From Trueperaceae bacterium (GTDB lineage Bacteria > Deinococcota > Deinococci > Deinococcales > Trueperaceae), in contig OZ243913.1 in assembly GCA_965213705.1 (NCBI GenBank), positions 4,182,950 through 4,246,949 on the forward strand: a stretch of 64,000 bases of DNA. The letters run 5' to 3'. The notes below the pieces were generated by a model. That model saw only the letters and a list, made by a program, of their open reading frames with translations, searched no databases and was not told the DNA's origin. Each line of letters begins with the position of its first letter. Positions within the stretch are counted from its first letter, which is position 1. Of the stretch, positions 56,083 through 64,000 are shown in pieces. A program made the position numbers and the translations under genes.

Positions 56083-57096
56083 ATGGCAGGAACGGCGCTC
56101 CTCATCAGCGGACTGCAGACCCGCTTGACCATTCTCGAGGCGGCCCTGCGCCGGCTGGGGTGGCAGGTCGCGCCTTTTCTCAATCCTCAAGAAGCCCTGG
56201 CGAGCTTGAAAACGACCGCCTACGAAGCCGTCTTTTGTGACGAGCAGATGCGCGGCGCGAGCCCTGCCGGCTTGCTCGTGGGACTGCGGCGGCTCGTACC
56301 CGGCTTGCCGGTTTATGTGTTCAGCAACGTCGACGACCCTCACCGCTTTCGGCTTTCGGGGCAACCCACCGCGTTGCTGCACTTTCCCCCGGTCGCCGGG
56401 CAAATCCCCGCACCGCTGGGCACTAAGAGCGAGGTGGCGCTGGGCGTGGTCGAAGCGCCGCTCGCGGGCAACACGGCGCTGCTGGCACTGTCCGACCTTG
56501 TCGAGATGATGAGCTTGAGCGGACAGCAGGGCGTGATTGAACTGGAGTTCGGCAAACAAGGGTTCGTGGTCGTCAACAAAAACAGGCTCGAGCACGCGGT
56601 CTACTTTTCGGACGGCGCGGCCAAAAGCGGGTTGCAGGCCCTGGCGCAACTCATCACCTTGGAAAACACGGACTTTCGCGTGACCGACTACGTGGCGCCG
56701 ACCCGGTCCAGCATCAACTTGCCCACCAGCAGCGCCATCACCGAAGCCGCCCGCTTGGCCGACGAGTCGGGCCGGTTCGAAACGGTGCTCGCCGAACTGC
56801 ACCGGCTGTGCCCGGCCGTGAGCGCCGTCGCGGTGGGTTACGCGAGCGCGACCGGACCGGCCCAGGGCTCGGGCGACGCCGAGACTTTGTTCACGCTTGC
56901 CAAAAACCTACTCCTTTCCAACCGCACCACGTTGGGCGAAAAGTTGAAAGAGATGAGTCTGGACACCGACAAAGACAGTTTCGTCGTGGTCGCCTTCGGC
57001 TCGAGCACGCTGCTCGCCGCGCGGGCACCGGTCAGGTCCAAAACTCACCTTTACTTGGCCGTTCAAGAAGCGCTTGCGGTCCGGTCCGGGGGCTGA
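56083..57096 (+). CDS. Receiver-like domain + DUF4388-like domain + roadblock-like C-terminus
   Basis: YEAVFCDEQMRG receiver core; LAGN...LSDLVEMM...GVIEL...EHA DUF4388 pattern; C-terminal assignment is weaker. Confidence 0.65.
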   Translation: MAGTALLISGLQTRLTILEAALRRLGWQVAPFLNPQEALASLKTTAYEAVFCDEQMRGASPAGLLVGLRRLVPGLPVYVFSNVDDPHRFRLSGQPTALLHFPPVAGQIPAPLGTKSEVALGVVEAPLAGNTALLALSDLVEMMSLSGQQGVIELEFGKQGFVVVNKNRLEHAVYFSDGAAKSGLQALAQLITLENTDFRVTDYVAPTRSSINLPTSSAITEAARLADESGRFETVLAELHRLCPAVSAVAVGYASATGPAQGSGDAETLFTLAKNLLLSNRTTLGEKLKEMSLDTDKDSFVVVAFGSSTLLAARAPVRSKTHLYLAVQEALAVRSGG

Positions 57097-57153
57097 GGAA
57101 CAGGCGGGCTGCCGAGCTTCGTCACCTACCCTTCCCGGCGGTGGCTGACGCGC

Positions 57154-57194
57154 CCGGAACACCGACGTGTCCGGAACGCCGGCGTGTCCGGAAC
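57154..57194. repeat. 17-bp tandem repeat (about 2.4 copies)
   Basis: CCGGAACACCGACGTGT CCGGAACGCCGGCGTGT CCGGAAC. Confidence 0.75.
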
Positions 57195-57330
57195 TCAGGG
57201 CGGCTGTTTTGTCCTGTTGGGCTTTCTCCACCCCGCCCGACCCCTTTCGAAATTGTCGCCGCAGCCGTTGCCAGGGGGGGCGGGGGCGCGTAAGCTTTGG
57301 CAGGGAGTTGGTTGTATTCGCAAGTCGGTT

Positions 57331-58728
57331 TTGCTTAAGACCGTTCTAAGGACCCGCGCGTTCAGGGCTGTGCTTACAGGTGTGGCCCTCGGCGTCACAG
57401 TTTTCATGGCGCTAAGCCCGAGGGCCGCCGCGCAGGCGCAGCTCGGCTTCGCGGCGGCCCTCGCGGGCGTGGAGTCGAGCCCGCGGGTCGCCGTCGCGCG
57501 TGCGGAGCTGGAACTCGCCCAAAAACAGCTCGACGTCAACGCCGCGTTTTTTCAGGGTGAGGTAAGCGGCGGTTACACCCGGACTTTCTCCAACTTGGAG
57601 ACGGGGTTCGGCACCCTCGACGACAACGACTTAGACCCCTTGCGCTTGACGACCGTCCTCAACGTCGTGCCTTACGGACCCTACGACGACCGCGTGGCGC
57701 GCGCGCAGTGGGCGGTTTTGCAAGCCGAGGCCGCCCTGCGCGACGCGGCGGCGGGGGCGGTCGTCGACGTGACCGAGCAGTACCAGGCGGCCCTGCGTTT
57801 GGAAGAAGAGGCAGCGGCCGCTCGCAGCGAACTCGCGCTGGCGGGTGAGCGCTTGGCGGCCGCCCGGACCGGGCTCGAGGCTGGCACCGTCGCGGACGAC
57901 GGGGTGCTGGCCGCAGACCTGGGCGTGCGCCAGGCCGAACTGACCGTGTCCACCGCCGAGCGGGCGCAGCGGCAGGCCTTGGCTGTTTTGGCCGTGACCC
58001 TGGGCCGCCCCGTCGCCGCCCTCACGGGTGACCCGCCGCCGAGCGTCGCGGTCGAGCGAACAGGTGTGACGGACGACTTGCTGGCGCGGCGCAGCGACGT
58101 GTTGAGCGCCGCTTTGGCGCTCCGCGAGGCCGAGCTGACCGCCGCCGCCACGCTCCGCGACAACCTGCCGAGCGGGACTTTGAGCGCCGTCTACACCAAC
58201 GGCAACGACGGCAGCAACCTGCAGCTCGGCGCGCAGTTCAGCACAAACGGCGGCAACGCGTTTCAACCGACCTTTTCAGCCGCACTGGACCCGGACACAG
58301 GCCTGCCCGGTCTGGGTCCGGGGCAGGTCTCGAGCGCGTTCAGCGTCGGCCTGGGCCTTACCATTCCTCTTAACGCCGCGCTCGACGCCGCGCTGGCCGC
58401 CGCGCGCGCCAACGTCGAAAGCGCGCAGCTCCGCGCCGCGCAAACGCTCGCCCTGGCCCGACTGGAGGCGACGAGTCGCGCCGCCGACGTCGCGGGGGCG
58501 CTGGCGCAAGTAAGTCTCGCCCGGCAAAGCTTGGACCAGCAGCGGCAAAGTTTGAGCGTCGCGCAACGGCGCCTCGGACTGGGTTCAATTGCCCCGCTCG
58601 AGGTCCGAGCGGCCGAGGTGGCCGTTCTGGAAGCCGAACTCGCCCAGCGCCGGGCCGAAGACGCGTTGCGGCTTGCCCGGCTGCGCTACGCCGCGGCGAT
58701 GGCGCTCGACCCCGAGGAGGTTTTTTAG
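57331..58728 (+). CDS. TolC family outer membrane efflux protein
   Basis: Signal-like N-terminus, Ala-rich coiled coils, R..LGSI..LEV..AE motif; start uncertain (TTG 57331 or ATG 57406). Confidence 0.75.
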   Translation: MLKTVLRTRAFRAVLTGVALGVTVFMALSPRAAAQAQLGFAAALAGVESSPRVAVARAELELAQKQLDVNAAFFQGEVSGGYTRTFSNLETGFGTLDDNDLDPLRLTTVLNVVPYGPYDDRVARAQWAVLQAEAALRDAAAGAVVDVTEQYQAALRLEEEAAAARSELALAGERLAAARTGLEAGTVADDGVLAADLGVRQAELTVSTAERAQRQALAVLAVTLGRPVAALTGDPPPSVAVERTGVTDDLLARRSDVLSAALALREAELTAAATLRDNLPSGTLSAVYTNGNDGSNLQLGAQFSTNGGNAFQPTFSAALDPDTGLPGLGPGQVSSAFSVGLGLTIPLNAALDAALAAARANVESAQLRAAQTLALARLEATSRAADVAGALAQVSLARQSLDQQRQSLSVAQRRLGLGSIAPLEVRAAEVAVLEAELAQRRAEDALRLARLRYAAAMALDPEEVF

Positions 58729-59778
58729 GTGCGTCTTTCGACTGTTTTTTTGACTTTTTTACTCCTGTGGTCGTTTTGGGGGTCGTTCGGCGTGGCGCAA
58801 AGTGGCGGTACCGGCAACCTAGAGCGCGAGTCGCTGAGCTACGCAGACGCGCTCACGGCCGCCCTACAAACAAGCGCCGCCGTGAACACCGCGCAGGTCG
58901 ACCTAGCCAGCGCCGAACGGGATTTGGGCCGCCTCAAGGCCGACCCGCTCGCGCTGCGAATTCCGCTGTTGCAGGCCGAGCAGGCCCTGACGCGGGCGCA
59001 GCAAAGCCTGCGCGGCGCCGAAGCGGACGCCCGCGCCGCCGTGGCTGAAGCTTATGCGAACGCGCTCGAGGCCCGCAGCAACGTCGCGCTCGCCGAAAAA
59101 CGCCTCGCCATCGCCCGAACCCGGGCCGAAGCCACACAAATCCGCTTCGAGGCGGGCGCCGCAACCTCGCTCGACGTGGCGGACGCGCGCAACGTCTTAC
59201 AAAGCGCTCAGCGCGATTTAGGCGACGCCCAAGAGGCGCGGACGCTCGCCTACGACCGTCTGGCAAGTCTGCTCGCCCTACCGGGCGAACCCTCTTTGAG
59301 CGACGCCGTGCCGGTCGGCGCGGTGCCGACGCTCGAAGACGCACTGGCCGAGCTGGACGCGAACAGCGCTCTCGTCGCCGCGCGGCAGGGGTTGGAGCTG
59401 GCGCAAGCCCAACTTGCGGCGGTCGACAACGCTTTTAGCGCGCGGAGCGACGTCGAAGCGGCGCGCGACGCGGTTGTCAACGCCGAGACGCAACTGCGCG
59501 AAACGCGGCGCAGCTTGGAACTCGGGGTGCAGCAAAGCTACAACGCCGTCGTCGCCGCGCAAAACCGGGCGCAGGGGGCCGCCGACGACTTGGCGGCCGC
59601 CCAGGAGACCTTGCAAGCGCAACGGGTGCGGTTTCAAGCGGGCAGCATCTCGCAGCTCGAGCTGGCCCAGAGCGAGTTGAACGTGCAGGGTGCGGCGGCC
59701 ACGCTGGAAACCGCCCAGCACGCCCTCGCCGCTTCGCTGCGGGCGCTCGCCACGACCCTGCGCGGCGGCAGTCGGTGA
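58729..59778 (+). CDS. Second TolC-like protein
   Basis: Signal peptide; two RF.AG..S.L repeats. Confidence 0.78.
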   Translation: MRLSTVFLTFLLLWSFWGSFGVAQSGGTGNLERESLSYADALTAALQTSAAVNTAQVDLASAERDLGRLKADPLALRIPLLQAEQALTRAQQSLRGAEADARAAVAEAYANALEARSNVALAEKRLAIARTRAEATQIRFEAGAATSLDVADARNVLQSAQRDLGDAQEARTLAYDRLASLLALPGEPSLSDAVPVGAVPTLEDALAELDANSALVAARQGLELAQAQLAAVDNAFSARSDVEAARDAVVNAETQLRETRRSLELGVQQSYNAVVAAQNRAQGAADDLAAAQETLQAQRVRFQAGSISQLELAQSELNVQGAAATLETAQHALAASLRALATTLRGGSR

Positions 59779-59820
59779 GGGGCAATTCATGAGGGGCAAT
59801 TCGTGAGGGGCAATTCGTGA
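59775..59820 (+). repeat. 14-bp tandem repeat x3 (TGAGGGGCAATTC[A/G]), each unit holding an RBS and an overlapping start/stop
   Basis: GTGAGGGGCAATTCATGAGGGGCAATTCGTGAGGGGCAATTCGTGA. Confidence 0.85.
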
Positions 59821-61187
59821 CCGACGTGACCAACATGACCAAGGCGAACGAAGAGACGGGGACACCGAAGGCGGCCAACCGCCGGGGCCGCCGGCGTTGG
59901 CTCGTCGCTGGGCTGGTCTTGCTTGCAGTCGCGGCGGGCGCGGTCTTTCTGTTTGGGCGCAACCGCGCGCCCGCCGCCGCGCGCACGCTCGTCGAGACCG
60001 TCTCGGCGGGAAGTTTCACGCGGGAGGTGTCGGGAACCGGCGTGGTCGAGGCGACCCGGGAGCGCAGCCTGACTTTCGGCACGGCCGGAACGGTGCAAGA
60101 GGTGCTGGTGCGTGAGGGCGACACGGTCGAGGCGGGCGCGGTTTTGGCGCGCCTCGACACCGCTTCGTTGGAGCGCGACCTGGCCTCGAGCCGCGCCAAC
60201 CTGCAGTCGGCCCGCGCCGACTTAGAACGCCTCAACGCCCAGCAACAAGTCGACCGCATCGACACCCAGACGAGCGTCGCCAGCGCCCAGGACGCGGTCG
60301 CGAACGCCCAGGAAGCGTTGGCCGACGCCCAAAACGCGCTCTCCACCACGCAACGCCTGTTCGACACCGGCGCAGCCTCACAAAACGACCTCACCACCGC
60401 TCGAGCGGCCCAGGAAAGCGCGCAGCGCCGCTTGGACAGCGCGCGCTTGACCCTGCAGAGCGCGCAGACGCGCCAGGGCTCGTTCGACCAGCTCGGCGCG
60501 GCGCAGCGTTTCAGCGCGGCGGCGCAGGTCGCCACGCTCGAGACGACGGTTGCCAACCTGGAGCAAACCCTGCAAGAGGCGAGCCTCGTCGCGCCCTTTG
60601 CGGGAACGGTCGCCGCAGTCGGGTTCGAACCCGGCGACGCGGTGGGCGTGGGCGCTGGCGCGAGTTTGCGACTGGTCGACACCACCAGCCTGTACGTCGC
60701 GGCCGACTTCGACGAGAACCGCGCGGGCGAGCTGGCCGTGGGCCAGCCCGCGACCGTGACCCCCGACGCGAACGCCGAAGCGCGTTTTCGTGCGACCGTG
60801 CGCCGGGTCGGCGCGGTCGCGGTGCGGAGCAACAACGCCGCCCAACTGAACGTCGACCTGGACTTCGGCGAACCCGACCCCGAGGTGCGCCCCGGTTACA
60901 CCGTTACCGCCCGGGTCACGGTGAACGCCCTCGACGACGTTCTCCTCGTCCCCTTAGAAGCCCTCAGCGAAGAAGCGAGTGAGAGTTTCGTCTACAAGGT
61001 CACCGAGAGCGAGCCCGGCCGGGGCACCGCCACGCGCGCCGCGGTGCGCGTCCTTGACCGCAACGCCACCGTCGCCGCCGCCGCGAGCGACGCGCTTTTG
61101 CCGGGCGACCTCATCGCCGTCATCGGTTTGGACGAGTTGACCGCGGGCGAACCTGTGGCCTTCGAACCGCTCGAGGCGAGCCCGTGA
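59817..61187 (+). CDS. Efflux periplasmic adaptor (MacA/HlyD-like membrane fusion protein)
   Basis: TM anchor; GTVQEVLVREGDTVEAGAVLARLD lipoyl half; long hairpin; APFAGTV motif. Confidence 0.9.
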   Translation: MTDVTNMTKANEETGTPKAANRRGRRRWLVAGLVLLAVAAGAVFLFGRNRAPAAARTLVETVSAGSFTREVSGTGVVEATRERSLTFGTAGTVQEVLVREGDTVEAGAVLARLDTASLERDLASSRANLQSARADLERLNAQQQVDRIDTQTSVASAQDAVANAQEALADAQNALSTTQRLFDTGAASQNDLTTARAAQESAQRRLDSARLTLQSAQTRQGSFDQLGAAQRFSAAAQVATLETTVANLEQTLQEASLVAPFAGTVAAVGFEPGDAVGVGAGASLRLVDTTSLYVAADFDENRAGELAVGQPATVTPDANAEARFRATVRRVGAVAVRSNNAAQLNVDLDFGEPDPEVRPGYTVTARVTVNALDDVLLVPLEALSEEASESFVYKVTESEPGRGTATRAAVRVLDRNATVAAAASDALLPGDLIAVIGLDELTAGEPVAFEPLEASP

Positions 61188-61966
61188 GCGACACGCTTGC
61201 CGAAACCGCCGCCCAACCCGCCGGTTCCGAGCTTGTCACCCCCGAAGCCGTCATCGAGGCGCGCGGTTTGCGCAAAGTGTACAGGCTCGAGGGCGGCTTG
61301 GAAGTCCACGCGCTCCGCGGGCTCGACCTGAGAATCGCCCGGGGCCAGTACGCCGCCGTCATGGGGCCGTCGGGCTCGGGCAAGTCCACGCTGCTACAGA
61401 TTCTGGGCTGTCTCGACCTGCCGACGACGGGCAGCTACAAGCTTGCGGGCGAAGAGGTGAGCGAGCTGGAAGAAGACGTCTTGTCCGGCATCCGCAACCG
61501 GCGCATCGGCTTTATTTTTCAGGCGTACAACTTGCTGCCGCGGGCCGACGCGCTGCACAACGTCGCGCTGCCCCTTATGTACCGGGGCACCGCGCCCGGT
61601 GAGCGCACGCGCCTGGCGAAGCGCGCGCTGCAGCGCGTGGGGTTGGGCGACCGGCTCGACCACCGCCCGAACCAACTCTCCGGCGGGCAAAAACAGCGCG
61701 TCGCCATCGCCCGCGCGCTCGCCACGGACCCGGACATTTTGCTCGCCGACGAGCCCACCGGCAACTTAGACTCACGAACCGGCGAGGAAATCTTGGGTCT
61801 GTTTCAAGAACTCCACGAGGAGGGCCGCACCGTCATCATGGTCACGCACGAGCAAGAGGTCGCCGAACACTGCGAGACGATTGTGCGCGTGCGCGACGGG
61901 GTTGTCGAGGAGTTGGAGACGGTAACGAACCGCCGCAAGGCCGTGTTTACCGGGGCCATCCCGTGA
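61184..61966 (+). CDS. ABC transporter ATP-binding protein (MacB/LolD-like)
   Basis: [24 protein letters not shown] and [10 protein letters not shown] motifs. Confidence 0.93.
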   Translation: MSDTLAETAAQPAGSELVTPEAVIEARGLRKVYRLEGGLEVHALRGLDLRIARGQYAAVMGPSGSGKSTLLQILGCLDLPTTGSYKLAGEEVSELEEDVLSGIRNRRIGFIFQAYNLLPRADALHNVALPLMYRGTAPGERTRLAKRALQRVGLGDRLDHRPNQLSGGQKQRVAIARALATDPDILLADEPTGNLDSRTGEEILGLFQELHEEGRTVIMVTHEQEVAEHCETIVRVRDGVVEELETVTNRRKAVFTGAIP

Positions 61967-62012
61967 GCGGAGGAAAAGTCGGCCGTCGTCGTGGTTCGGT
62001 TGAGAACTCCGA

Positions 62013-62046
62013 GGTCGGACAAGGAGCTGCAGTTCCTTGTCCGACC
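62013..62046. other. Strong intra-operon hairpin without a T tract
   Basis: GGTCGGACAAGGA-gctgcagt-TCCTTGTCCGACC, 13-bp perfect stem. Confidence 0.65.
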
Positions 62047-62125
62047 GAGAGACGAACGCTCGTCTCAGCAGTGACGCGAACTCGAGCCCCCGTTACGCCG
62101 AGAGTCTTTTCAAGTTTGAGGCTGT

Positions 62126-63322
62126 ATGTTTCTTGAGAACATTCGCACCGCCCTGGAGGCGCTGTTCGGGAACCGACTGCGCTCGCTGCTGACGCTGCTC
62201 GGCGTGGTTATCGGCGTGTTCGCGGTGACGACGACCATCAGCATGGGGGCCATCGCCACGGCGGGCATCACCGGCGAGTTGCAGGCTTTCGGGGCGCAGT
62301 CTTTGTTCGTGGTCGTCGACCAGGACAACCCGCAGGCCGAGCCCTTTACAAACGACGACATCGAGGCGCTGTCGCGGCTGCCCATCGACATCTTGCAAAC
62401 CCAAAACGTGTTCGGGTCGGTGCGCGTAGCTGACAAGGACGTCGGGCTGACCCTGAACGGCACCACCGCCAACGCGCCCGAGGTCGACAGAACGCTGAAG
62501 CTCGAGCGGGGCCGCTTTTTCAGCTCTGAAGAATACGCCCGCGCCGCACCCGTCGTCGTGCTCTCCGCCGACGGAGCCGAAAAACTGTTTCCCGACGACC
62601 CCGACCCGGTGGGTCGGGAAATCGCCTTCAGCTTAGGCGGCTCGCGTAGCTTTTACACGGTCATCGGCGTCAAAGAGCGCGTCAGCGGCGCGCTCGGCAA
62701 CTTCGCCAACGACACCTCCGGCGACGTGCCGCTGGAGACCTTGTACCGTACCTTTCCCTCGGTGCCGCGCGGCGAGTACGAGTTTTTCCCCATCACCGTT
62801 TCCCTGGACAAAAACATTGACGACGTCCGCGCGCAGGTCGAAGCGATTTTGGACCGGCGGCGCGGCGCGGACACCTACAGCGTGCAAAGCATTGAAGGGG
62901 CGCTCACGCTGTTCAACACCATCACCACGATTTTGCAGGTCGTTTTGGGCGGCATCGGCGCGGTGAGCCTGCTCGTCGGCGGCATAGGCATCCTCAACAT
63001 CATGCTCGTGTCGGTGACCGAGCGCACCCGCGAAATCGGGTTGAGAAAAGCGCTCGGGGCCAAGAAAAACACCATCTTGCAGCAGTTTTTGATAGAGGCC
63101 GTCGTGCTGACGGTCATCGGCGGCGTCATCGGGGTGCTGTTGTCGGTGGTCAGCCTTTACCTCATCGTCGCGGCGGTGCCGTTTCTGGACCGGGTCATCA
63201 TCAACCCGCTCGTGATTGCCCTCGCCTTCGGGGTGAGCGTGGCGACGGGCATCGTCTTCGGGCTGCTGCCCGCCAACCGCGCCGCCAACCTGAGCCCGGT
63301 CGAGGCGTTGCGCTACGAGTAG
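62126..63322 (+). CDS. MacB-like ABC transporter permease
   Basis: RSLLTLLGVVIG, GGIGILNIMLVSVTERTREIGLRKALGA and PANRAANLSPVEALRYE motifs. Confidence 0.95.
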   Translation: MFLENIRTALEALFGNRLRSLLTLLGVVIGVFAVTTTISMGAIATAGITGELQAFGAQSLFVVVDQDNPQAEPFTNDDIEALSRLPIDILQTQNVFGSVRVADKDVGLTLNGTTANAPEVDRTLKLERGRFFSSEEYARAAPVVVLSADGAEKLFPDDPDPVGREIAFSLGGSRSFYTVIGVKERVSGALGNFANDTSGDVPLETLYRTFPSVPRGEYEFFPITVSLDKNIDDVRAQVEAILDRRRGADTYSVQSIEGALTLFNTITTILQVVLGGIGAVSLLVGGIGILNIMLVSVTERTREIGLRKALGAKKNTILQQFLIEAVVLTVIGGVIGVLLSVVSLYLIVAAVPFLDRVIINPLVIALAFGVSVATGIVFGLLPANRAANLSPVEALRYE

Positions 63323-63509
63323 GTGTAGGTTGCGCTCAAAAGCAGACCGACGTTAAAGACGGGGGCGCGTCCCTAAGCGCCTCGCTTACCGCTCCCGCAG
63401 TCAACACGGGTTGCGCTACTACGCAAAACAACCTCAGAAGAGATTGTCTTGCTTCTCACCGCCACCCGCAAAAGTTTCCCCCCTCCGCTTGGGTTCACTT
63501 AAAGAAATG

Positions 63510-64000
63510 GGTAGTGGCCCACCATCAACTGACAGCAGCACGCTCAAGATTGTAGCGGACCAAGAACAGATGCAAGCAAATGAGGTGCATGTGTTCGGAC
63601 TTGGAGAAGGATAAGGTCTTTCTGACAAAGCGCGCTAGGCGTTGGCGGATAGTATTGTTAAAGCGCTCGACGTGTGCTGTAAGCCCTGAGTCTTTACCAA
63701 CAGCTTGATGCTGTTCATCGGGAACGACGGCCTGATAAGCTTCCCAGAAGTCACTAAACACCGTGCCTTGTTTATAAGCATCTGGGATGTTACGCCAAAG
63801 TTTTTGACAAGTAGCAATGCCACGTCCACCTACAACACAAGCGACCACCTGGCGTGTCTGCTTACAAAGCGCTATCCAGGCCCACCGTTTGTTACGTCTA
63901 CATCGAACAAATGACCACATCTCGTCGAGTTCGAGTTGCACCGCTTCAGGGTTCTCGGGCGTAACCAGTGTGGCGCTAAGCGGCGGTGTCGTCGCGGCTT
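63510..64000 (-). mobile_element. IS1-family insertion sequence, one end only (continues past the window)
   Basis: GGTAGT terminus at 63510, drop in GC, IS1 transposase ORF. Confidence 0.8.
63525..64000 (-). CDS. IS1-family transposase, InsB-like catalytic part (5' end outside the window)
   Basis: ELDEMWSFV, WAWIAL, SDFWEAY and HVERFNNTIRQRLARFVRKTLSFSK motifs; frame open to the window edge. Confidence 0.9.
   Translation of the reverse strand, partial: AATTPPLSATLVTPENPEAVQLELDEMWSFVRCRRNKRWAWIALCKQTRQVVACVVGGRGIATCQKLWRNIPDAYKQGTVFSDFWEAYQAVVPDEQHQAVGKDSGLTAHVERFNNTIRQRLARFVRKTLSFSKSEHMHLICLHLFLVRYNLERAAVS

Noticed and set aside
1..64000. CRISPR array, tRNA or rRNA genes
   Set aside because: No repeat-spacer pattern with unique spacers, no cas genes, and no cloverleaf or rRNA-like sequence seen; the tandem repeats have no spacers
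11625..64000. Composite transposon or prophage
   Set aside because: The two IS elements belong to different families, the intervening genes are housekeeping, and no phage or integrase genes are present

Overview
GC-rich bacterial chromosomal window; the proteins (NrdJ, HisZ/short HisG, CsoR, paired TolC-like proteins) point to Deinococcota, probably a Truepera-like organism (inference). In order it holds: a surface-glycosylation cluster (GT-C, flippase-like protein, uncharacterised 584-aa enzyme, GT2, PRTase-HAD fusion), an EltD-like dehydrogenase, a GGDEF-EAL protein, a DinB gene with an intact IS5 in its stop codon, an O-antigen-ligase/nucleotide-sugar-dehydrogenase/GT4 group, a class II ribonucleotide reductase with two LAGLIDADG inteins behind two NrdR-boxed promoters, an HNH/small-protein pair, hisG/hisZ, proB, a thioester-bearing alpha-2-macroglobulin locus, an L-arabinose uptake and catabolism operon, a copZ-dinB-csoR-dsbA-dsbB cluster, a TolC-TolC-MFP-ABC exporter, and the end of an IS1. 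No rRNA, tRNA or CRISPR array was seen. The most notable signals outside the gene list are: (1) the palindrome CTCGAG about 125 times by manual count against roughly 20 expected, absent from both IS elements, while GATC is nearly absent; (2) a ~120-140 bp dispersed intergenic repeat in two copies; (3) a 14-bp repeat that forms a relay of coupled micro-ORFs inside the exporter operon; (4) many 12-17 bp tandem duplications at gene ends; (5) heptamer repeats between genes. All calls come from reading the sequence; no database searches were run.
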